Assembly (NCBI GenBank): GCA_964422745.1 | Contig: CAYRCK010000004.1 | Coordinates: forward strand, 4,497-68,496 | DNA length: 64,000 bases | Reading direction: 5' to 3' | DNA from: an uncultured bacterium | Lineage (GTDB): Bacteria > Krumholzibacteriota > Krumholzibacteriia > Krumholzibacteriales > Krumholzibacteriaceae | Part shown: piece by piece, positions 57,663 through 64,000 of the stretch | Numbering within the stretch: the stretch's first letter is position 1 | How the letters are laid out: each line of letters opens with the position of its first letter | The notes under the pieces: model-generated | Told to the model about the DNA's origin: nothing | Databases searched by the model: none | The model's input: the letters and a program-made list of their open reading frames with translations, nothing else | Translations under genes and position numbers: made by a program

Positions 57663-59045
57663 ATGGTAACACTATTCGGTATGCTCGAACTTAACAGGCG
57701 CAGCCTTTTGAGTTCACAGTACGCCCTTCAGACGATAAATCACAATATTGCCAATGTCAACACCGCCGGCTATTCGCGCCAACAGGTAAACATGCACACC
57801 AGCTATCCCATTAAAACGTCTTTCGGCGTTCTGGGGACGGGTGTTTCAGCGGTAAGCGTGCAGAGGGCCACGGCGGAGTTCTATACGAGACAGATGAGGA
57901 ACGAGAACTCCACTTTGGGCGGATGGGATGCGACATGCTCTGTGCTGTCGGAGATCGAGATGATTGTCAACGAACCGAGCGACACGGGATTGGCAAGCGC
58001 GCTCGATGCCTTCTTCAGTGCTTGGAACGATCTGGCTTCTGATCCGGAAAGCAGTGCGTTGAGGGTGGGAGTCGTGGAGTCGGCCAAGACGCTGTGTGAA
58101 ACGATGCACGAGATGGATCATTCATTGCAGAAAACCGGCGATAACATAGAGAGCCAGATAAAATACAATGTGGATCAATTCAACAAACTCCTGACAATGA
58201 TATCGGAGCTGAATGGAAAGATCGTTGCCACCGAATCATCCGGTGTTTCCGCCAGCGACCTTCGCGATGAACGTGACCGATTGATTCTGGAAGCGTCTAG
58301 GATCGCCAGGATAGATGTGAAGGAGGACCGTTATGGAGCTGTAGACGTTTTTCTGGGCGGCACGAATGTGGTTCACCGTTCTGAGGCGAGATATCTCGAT
58401 ACAAGCCTGGAATCGCTGTCGGGCAACAACTGGGTGGAGGTCGTGGCTGAAAACAACGGTGAGACGATAAGGGTCGAGGATGGAGAGCTGGCGGGGCTGT
58501 TGGAGGTTCGAGCCGAAAACCTCGATCAGGTGAGAAATTCCCTGGACAATATAGCGAGCATCCTGATCGCGAAGGTCAACGAGATCCACAGCCGTGGAAT
58601 GACTTCCCAGGGAAGCGGCTTTGATTTCTTCGTAGGCGAGGGGGCGGGGGATATTTCTATATCGCTGCCTATAGAGCAAAACGCGGATCTGGTAGCCACG
58701 TCCTATGACGGCACTATCGGTGACAACACGCTCGCCAACGATATCTGCACTCTGTCGGAAACCATTATTTCGGAAGATGAGCCGCTGACGATAAACGGGC
58801 TGTACGAATCGCTTGTCGCAGAGGTCGGGATCTACAGCAGGAACGCCAGGAATATGATGAGCAACCAGACGCTGATTCTGGATAATATCGAATTGAGAAA
58901 AGAGAGTATCACCGGTGTCAATCTAGATGAGGAACTCATCCAGCTGACGAAGTTCGAGCAGTCTTACGAAGCGGCAGCCAGGGTTCTGAAGACAGTTGAG
59001 GAATTGACAGATACAATTCTCGATCTCGTACAGGGGATATACTAA
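57663..59045 (+). CDS. flgK: Flagellar hook-associated protein 1 FlgK
   Basis: N-terminal rod/hook motif (LQTINHNIANVNTAGYSRQQV) and FlgK C-terminal helical domain. 460 aa. Confidence 0.85.
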   Translation: MVTLFGMLELNRRSLLSSQYALQTINHNIANVNTAGYSRQQVNMHTSYPIKTSFGVLGTGVSAVSVQRATAEFYTRQMRNENSTLGGWDATCSVLSEIEMIVNEPSDTGLASALDAFFSAWNDLASDPESSALRVGVVESAKTLCETMHEMDHSLQKTGDNIESQIKYNVDQFNKLLTMISELNGKIVATESSGVSASDLRDERDRLILEASRIARIDVKEDRYGAVDVFLGGTNVVHRSEARYLDTSLESLSGNNWVEVVAENNGETIRVEDGELAGLLEVRAENLDQVRNSLDNIASILIAKVNEIHSRGMTSQGSGFDFFVGEGAGDISISLPIEQNADLVATSYDGTIGDNTLANDICTLSETIISEDEPLTINGLYESLVAEVGIYSRNARNMMSNQTLILDNIELRKESITGVNLDEELIQLTKFEQSYEAAARVLKTVEELTDTILDLVQGIY

Positions 59046-60616
59046 TGCGGATTTCCTTCAGAATGATAAGCCGGCAGCCTTTGAAGGCGATTTTTGAAAA
59101 TCTGGAGCGCCTGACGGACCTCCAGGCGAAGGCCAGTACGATGAAGAAGTACAGCAAACCGTCCGACGATCCTCAGGCGGTAATGAAAAGCATGGGATTC
59201 AATACCCTGCTCAAGCAGAACGAGATGTACAGGACAAACGTCGGGAACGCCAGCGTATATCTGAAGATGGTTGATTCCACTCTTATTTCGGTCAAGGAAC
59301 AGCTGGATTCGGCCAAGAGGATAGCGCTCGAGCAGCGTAACGATGTATCGTCTGCCGAGATGCGCCGGGCTGCATCCATCGAAGTTCAGGGAATTATTTC
59401 AGCGGTTCAGGATCTCATGAACACGAAATTCCACGGAAAGTACCTGTTCGCCGGGCATGAGACACAGACGGTGCCGTTCCAGGAAATGAGCGGGGCTATC
59501 AGATATATGGGTGACGATGGACTCATACAGTTTCGGGTCGGAGCGGCCAGGCTGATCGATGTCACCGTGCCCGGTTCCAGGTTCGAATCTCTGGGTGGGA
59601 GCCATAGCATCGATTCTTTCACGATGATAACGTCCTTGAGCTCGGCAACCCGGCTCGAGACGCTGAACGAAGGACTTGGTGTCAGTCCCGGAAGGATAAG
59701 GTTGGAGGTGGATTCGGGTGTTTTTGTGGATATCGATCTTTCTGGAGCCGAGACGATCGAAGATATGGTCGACATGATCAACAACGGGGCCAGAGGCGCC
59801 GTACCGCCCATAAATATAATAACCGGCATCAATCCGTCATCACGTAACAGTATAGTTATTCAGCACATGGGGAGCGGCGAGATTACGGTGTCGGAGCTCG
59901 ACGGAGGCACTACGGGGGAGGATCTGGGGATTATCGGCACTAGCGTCTCGGGGATTCTGAGGGGGGCGCCTCTGGATCCGATCATGACCCTGGATACGAG
60001 GATTACGGATGTCCAGCCGATCAACAGGACTATTCTACAGCAGATAAGAGTTGTTATGGGCGAAGATAGCCACGAGGTGGATTTTTTCAGCCCAGCCTAT
60101 CCGGTGACCGTCGGGGATATGCTTTCGAGGATCATGGATTCCGTTCCGGGGCTTGAAGCGGAGATCAATGCGAGCAATGACGGAATAGTGTTCACGGCCG
60201 ATACGTCATTCAGCATCGAGGAGGTGGGTGCCGGAACCACCGCCGCCGATCTGGGTATCCTCGGAGCATCAGAGCCGTATGGTCCGTTCTCGCTTTTCGC
60301 CGCCCTCGAGACGCTTGAACAGGCACTGATACAGAATGACGGCGATGCCATCGGTCGATCCCTGGCTGAAATGGAGGAGTTGATCAACCTGATGCTGGAA
60401 GTGGAGGCGGAAATCGGCGCCAGGGGTGAACAGGTCGATATTCTCGATATCCGTCTTCAGGATTCCGACACGAGGCTTCAGGAAAACCTATCCCTGGTCG
60501 AGGACATCGATATAACCGAAGTATTGACCGAACTCTCGGAGGCCCAGCTCGCATACGAGGCCGCCCTTCAAACTGCGTCCACGCTATATAACCTGAGCCT
60601 TCTGAAATACTACTGA
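59045..60616 (+). CDS. flgL: Flagellar hook-associated protein 3 FlgL (flagellin-like)
   Basis: Flagellin-N-like start (MRISFRMI...SDDPQAVMKSM), flagellin-C-like end; long (523 aa) with large central insertion. Confidence 0.8.
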   Translation: MRISFRMISRQPLKAIFENLERLTDLQAKASTMKKYSKPSDDPQAVMKSMGFNTLLKQNEMYRTNVGNASVYLKMVDSTLISVKEQLDSAKRIALEQRNDVSSAEMRRAASIEVQGIISAVQDLMNTKFHGKYLFAGHETQTVPFQEMSGAIRYMGDDGLIQFRVGAARLIDVTVPGSRFESLGGSHSIDSFTMITSLSSATRLETLNEGLGVSPGRIRLEVDSGVFVDIDLSGAETIEDMVDMINNGARGAVPPINIITGINPSSRNSIVIQHMGSGEITVSELDGGTTGEDLGIIGTSVSGILRGAPLDPIMTLDTRITDVQPINRTILQQIRVVMGEDSHEVDFFSPAYPVTVGDMLSRIMDSVPGLEAEINASNDGIVFTADTSFSIEEVGAGTTAADLGILGASEPYGPFSLFAALETLEQALIQNDGDAIGRSLAEMEELINLMLEVEAEIGARGEQVDILDIRLQDSDTRLQENLSLVEDIDITEVLTELSEAQLAYEAALQTASTLYNLSLLKYY

Positions 60617-60641
60617 TGACCGGATTACGGAGGTATTTGCA

Positions 60642-61112
60642 ATGAAAATAGGGTCGTCCCGCTTCGACGAGGTTGAGATTGATGACAAGGACGTAATGAA
60701 CTTCGAGAGAGGTATCATAGGATTTCCAAGCCTCAAGAGATTCGTGTTGATGGATTTCTCGGACTCGTCCCCATTTCACTGGTTGCAGTCGATTGATGAG
60801 CCGGAGGTCGGCTTCGTCGTCTCAGATCCCGGTGTTTTTATCGAGAATTATGTCGTGAACATAGATGATGATACGAAACAACTGCTTTGAGTGGATAAAG
60901 ACAGTGAGATGGTTGTGATGATCGTTGTAACCGTTAAGGATGGAGGCAGGGATGTCTCGGGCAACCTTATGGGCCCTATTATAGTGAATGCGGATAAGCG
61001 CTTGGGCTGCCAGGTAGTGATCAATACGCCGGATTACAACACGAGAACCCCAATGAAGAATGACGCCGGCATCGGGCGATCGAGCAAGGCAAACATCGGC
61101 GTCGCGGTTTAA
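60642..61112 (+). pseudogene. fliW: Flagellar assembly factor FliW interrupted by an in-frame TGA (60888-60890); two halves in the same frame
   Basis: Residues 1-82 (GFPSLKRFVLMDFSDSSPFHWLQSIDEPEVGFVVSDPGVFIENY) plus residues after the stop (VVMIVVTVKDGGRDVSGNLMGPIIVNADKRLGCQVV) align colinearly with FliW. TGA terminates many other genes here. Confidence 0.7.
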
Positions 61113-61120
61113 GGGGAAAG

Positions 61121-61366
61121 ATGCTGGTACTCACGAGAAAGATCAACGAGAAGATCGTTATCTCGGCCGATATAGTGGTTACCGTCCTCACTGTAGACGG
61201 GGATCAGGTCAGGCTCGGTATAGAAGCGCCGTCCGATATCAGTGTCCACAGGCAGGAAGTGTTCGATGAGATAATCAGGTCGAACCGGCAGGCCATTCAA
61301 AAGAGCAACAACAGGGCGGATATTCTCCAATCGATCCTGAGCGGCAGAAGCAAGGGAAACGGCTGA
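61121..61366 (+). CDS. csrA: Carbon storage regulator CsrA (flagellin translation repressor)
   Basis: [51 protein letters not shown] canonical CsrA. fliW-csrA-flagellin synteny. Confidence 0.9.
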   Translation: MLVLTRKINEKIVISADIVVTVLTVDGDQVRLGIEAPSDISVHRQEVFDEIIRSNRQAIQKSNNRADILQSILSGRSKGNG

Positions 61367-61447
61367 TCCCCCCGCTGTTCGCGAAAACCATTCCAGAAAA
61401 ATACAGCACATATCTCCATAATACGCAGCGATCCCGAAAAATTTCAC

Positions 61448-61475
61448 TAAAGATCACATTCATTCCATCCGATAG
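61448..61475 (+). promoter_or_regulatory. Putative sigma-28 (FliA/SigD) promoter for flagellin
   Basis: TAAA (61448-51), 16 nt, tCCGATAg (61468-75) versus consensus TAAA-N15-GCCGATAA; about 140 nt upstream of the fliC ATG. Confidence 0.45.
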
Positions 61476-61555
61476 ATGTGGATGAAGATGGGGGAACCTT
61501 TCCGAATCCGGACCGGCGCACCGTTTGTAAGGTATTAGAAGTGTGCCGGTGCGGT

Positions 61556-61606
61556 AACAAGGAAGCCGGAAAGGTGAGAGTGAGGTCCTACGTCCAAGGA
61601 AGGAGG
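61556..61606 (+). promoter_or_regulatory. Putative CsrA-binding GGA motifs in the flagellin leader (one overlapping the Shine-Dalgarno)
   Basis: AACAAGGAAGC (61556-66) flanked by CCGG...CCGG able to present GGA in a loop. Second site CCAAGGAAGGAGG (61594-606) is the SD, 8 nt before ATG 61614. Confidence 0.4.
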
Positions 61607-61613
61607 TCGTTAA

Positions 61614-63002
61614 ATGGGCTTCAGAATCAACCACAATATCAGCAGTATCAACGCGCTGAGAAACCTGGCTCTGACCGAGTCCAGCGTCGCGAAATCTCTC
61701 GAGAGGTTGAGCTCGGGACTTCGCGTAAACAGGGGTGCCGATGATCCGGCGGGTCTCGTGATCTCCGAGAACATGAGATCTCAGATATCCGGAATCCAGC
61801 AGGCCATCGAGAACGCCGAGACCGCAACGGCGATGATACAGACCGCGGAGGGAGCGATGACAGAGATCCACACGCTCCTAAACAATATCCGCGAGCTGGC
61901 CATCCATGCCGCCAACACCGGTGCCAACGATTCCGTGATGCTGGCAGCGGATCAGGACGAGATCACGAACGCGATCGCGACCATCGACAGGATAGCCAGC
62001 CAGACACAGTTCGGCGTTAAGAAGCTGCTCGACGGTTCGAGCGGTGTGACCGGAACGTCCAACGACAGCGATGTGACGTTCCTGTCCGCATCGGAGAATA
62101 CGATTGCCGGTTCCTACGCTGTAGATATCACTACCCAGGCGGAGCAGGCTATATCGACGGCAGGTACCAACCAGACGGCCGCTCTCGGTGCCGCCGAGAC
62201 CCTGACGATTCAGGGGGTTGCGATCAACCTGACGGCCGGTATGACTCAGGCCCAGGTCGTAACCACGATCAACAACTACAACGCGTCGACAGGTGTTACG
62301 GCGTCCGTCGTCGGTGGCGCGCTGACTCTTACGACCGATATGTACGGCAGCAATGTCGACATATCCGTCGTATCGAACGTCGCGGCCGCCACGACCAGCA
62401 CAGGTGTCGGTACGACTCCGATCACGGACAGCGGAGTCGATATCGCCGGTACTCTCGGCGGGCTGGCCGCCACGGGTAACGGAAAGGTCCTGACCGGTGA
62501 CGATGGATTGGCCGTCGAGGGTCTCTCGATCGAGTCGATCGCTACTGGTGCCCAGGGAGCGATTACGATTGTCAACAATTCGCTCGTGTTCCAGGTTGGG
62601 CCCAATGCCAACCAGACGGTCGAGATCGCGCTCAACGCCATGAGCTCGACGACCCTAGGCGCCGGCGTCTCAGGCAATCTGTTCAATAACTTGAGCGAGA
62701 TCGACGTCACGACTGCCGAAAACGCCCAGGATTCGATCCTGCTGATCGACGACGCAATTCAGGATGTCTCGGCCAAGCGAGGCGAGCTCGGTGCGTTCCA
62801 GAAGAACACTCTGGAGAGCAATACGAGAAACCTCGCCATCGCCGAGGAGAACCTCGTAGCGGCGGAATCGGTGATACGTGATACCGATTTCGCAAAGGAA
62901 ATGGCCCAGATGACAAAGAGCCAGATCCTGCTACAGTCCGGCACCGCCATGTTGGTGCAGGCGAACCAGATTCCTCAGGTTGTGCTGCAGCTGCTGCAGT
63001 AA
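61614..63002 (+). CDS. fliC: Flagellin
   Basis: MGFRINHNISSINALRNL...GLRVNRGADDPAGLVISE N-terminal D0/D1. C-terminal VIRDTDFAKEMAQMTKSQILLQSGTAMLVQANQIPQ. S/T/G/A-rich central variable domain. 462 aa. Confidence 0.95.
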   Translation: MGFRINHNISSINALRNLALTESSVAKSLERLSSGLRVNRGADDPAGLVISENMRSQISGIQQAIENAETATAMIQTAEGAMTEIHTLLNNIRELAIHAANTGANDSVMLAADQDEITNAIATIDRIASQTQFGVKKLLDGSSGVTGTSNDSDVTFLSASENTIAGSYAVDITTQAEQAISTAGTNQTAALGAAETLTIQGVAINLTAGMTQAQVVTTINNYNASTGVTASVVGGALTLTTDMYGSNVDISVVSNVAAATTSTGVGTTPITDSGVDIAGTLGGLAATGNGKVLTGDDGLAVEGLSIESIATGAQGAITIVNNSLVFQVGPNANQTVEIALNAMSSTTLGAGVSGNLFNNLSEIDVTTAENAQDSILLIDDAIQDVSAKRGELGAFQKNTLESNTRNLAIAEENLVAAESVIRDTDFAKEMAQMTKSQILLQSGTAMLVQANQIPQVVLQLLQ

Positions 63003-63021
63003 TGAGGAGATGAAAATCCCG

Positions 63022-63051
63022 GTCCTCCCCGGCCGTCCGGCCGGGGAGGAC
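63022..63051 (+). terminator. Strong hairpin downstream of flagellin (intrinsic terminator, no U-tract)
   Basis: Perfect 13-bp stem GTCCTCCCCGGCC / GGCCGGGGAGGAC with 4-nt loop GTCC, 20 nt after the fliC stop. Confidence 0.6.
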
Positions 63052-63075
63052 TGATGAGTGCACGGGAGAACCGCC

Positions 63076-63468
63076 ATGAGGATCGGCAACATAGAAAGCC
63101 AGCTCCAAGAGCTCCGGGCTGATAATCGATCCCCCGCTGAATCAATGGTATCAGGGAAAGGTGATGGGGCGGGAAGGGCCGGGGGACCGAATGAGGCCGG
63201 GCGCTCGGAGGACATTCATCCAATGCGACCGGATCGGGGAAATTCGCAGCATATCATCATGGATTCGAGAGACTGTAATTTGGATCCGGATAAGTACCGA
63301 AGGAATCTCGATTACACTAAACACAGTGGCACGGGCAAGTATTTCGTGAGGGTTATTGATTCCTCGAGCGGTGAGGTGATACGGGAAGTGCCCCCTGAAG
63401 GCCAACTGGATCGAATGGCAAGGATCAGAGATCTTATTCGGAAAGCCTATAGTGTGAGCGACTATTGA
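63076..63468 (+). CDS. flaG: Flagellar protein FlaG
   Basis: C-terminal KYFVRVIDSSSGEVIREVPPEGQLD matches the FlaG family motif; located between fliC and fliD. ORF opens at 63058; ATG 63076 preferred. Confidence 0.65.
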   Translation: MRIGNIESQLQELRADNRSPAESMVSGKGDGAGRAGGPNEAGRSEDIHPMRPDRGNSQHIIMDSRDCNLDPDKYRRNLDYTKHSGTGKYFVRVIDSSSGEVIREVPPEGQLDRMARIRDLIRKAYSVSDY

Positions 63469-63631
63469 TGGAGCCTTTCTCTCTGCAAAGATAGCCGCCG
63501 CGTGATCATCCGATAGGCATAATTTTCCCATATGGAATTTTACTTAAAGAAGTTACATCGTTATGCCGATAGTAATTATATATAGGTATCGTCTCACGTA
63601 TGGGACCGGTTTGAAAGGAGACTAGTTAGCG

Positions 63632-64000
63632 ATGGCTGGTGTCGGCGGAATAGATGGTTTGATTTCAGGACTGGATACCACTGCATTAATCGATGCGATC
63701 CTGGAAATAGAGAACAGACCGATTCTCGCACTCCAGGAAAGAATCGTGAATCTCACGAATACGAGATCCGCATATGAAACTCTCGAGGCCAAGCTCATTT
63801 CATTGAAACTCAAAGCCCATGCCCTGTACCGCCGTGACCGTTTTATGGCATTCAGCGTGGCCTCGTCCAGCGAGGATATCATCACGGCGAGGGCCGGTTC
63901 GGACGCGGTCGAGGGTATATACACGGTCAGCGTTTCACAGCTGGCGCAAAGCCATCAAGTGGCGTCCGACACGTTTTCGGACAGGGATACAACGTCAATA
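63632..64000 (+). CDS. fliD: Flagellar filament capping protein FliD (hook-associated protein 2), 3' partial at window edge
   Basis: RBS GAAAGGAGA before ATG 63632. MAGVGGIDGLISGLDTTALIDAILEIENRPILALQERI matches the FliD N-terminus. Not in the ORF track because it runs off the window; the listed minus-strand ORF 63622-63924 is its antisense shadow. Confidence 0.8.
   Translation, partial: MAGVGGIDGLISGLDTTALIDAILEIENRPILALQERIVNLTNTRSAYETLEAKLISLKLKAHALYRRDRFMAFSVASSSEDIITARAGSDAVEGIYTVSVSQLAQSHQVASDTFSDRDTTSI

Noticed and set aside
60888-60890. Genome-wide UGA reassignment (code 4/25-like) as explanation for the fliW internal TGA
   Set aside because: TGA ends many other genes at expected protein lengths (GWxTD protein, permease at 9231, NlpC/P60, rhomboid-TPR, radC, rodA), and the high GC content is unlike known UGA-recoding lineages.
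63622-63924. 100-aa minus-strand ORF at the window end
   Set aside because: The + strand here encodes a clear FliD N-terminus with RBS; the minus ORF is its antisense shadow.
1-64000. CRISPR arrays, transposases, integrases, toxin-antitoxin pairs, restriction-modification genes
   Set aside because: Looked for repeat-spacer periodicity and the relevant catalytic motifs in all six frames; none found.

Overview
High-GC (roughly 55-60%), gene-dense bacterial chromosome segment; 56 of 59 genes lie on the + strand. The content is mostly core or envelope-related rather than an obvious accessory island. The organism is diderm and flagellated, judging from an OM barrel, flagellar L/P-ring genes, system II cytochrome c biogenesis and Lgt; the GWxTD protein and gene order hint at an FCB-group or candidate-phylum lineage (inference only).

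Gene order:
- four-component MacAB/Lol-like efflux set (ATPase, HlyD adaptor, two FtsX permeases), then a GWxTD secreted protein;
- peptide ABC locus (SBP, two permeases, no ATPase) followed by a cytoplasmic SH3b-NlpC/P60 (YkfC-like) peptidase;
- a codon-optimised, aromatic-rich outer-membrane beta-barrel gene with a strong promoter, long 5' UTR and terminator;
- rhomboid-TPR;
- radC-mreB-mreC-mreD-mrdA(PBP2)-rodA-tldD/pmbA-lgt-comF;
- glycolytic cluster fba-gap-pgk-tpiA-secG-tRNA-Leu(GAG);
- unknown envelope proteins (DUF4446, a second rhomboid, beta-helix, amidohydrolase, DUF885-like lipoprotein);
- ccsB/resB-ccsA;
- second peptide ABC locus interrupted by a beta-CASP MBL hydrolase;
- MnmA-like PP-loop ATPase, Nudix, cstA translationally coupled to a PfkB kinase, metallophosphoesterase;
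- TPR/Zn-ribbon methyltransferase, GT2-TPR glycosyltransferase, hybrid REC-PAS-HK;
- late flagellar block flgF-flgG-flgA-flgH-flgI-flgJ-flgN-flgK-flgL-fliW-csrA-fliC-flaG-fliD.

Notable sequence-level observations are an in-frame TGA splitting fliW, a sigma-54-type promoter ahead of flgF, a sigma-28-type promoter plus CsrA-like GGA sites ahead of flagellin, and strong hairpin terminators after the OMP gene, the tRNA and fliC. No CRISPR array, integrase or transposase was seen.
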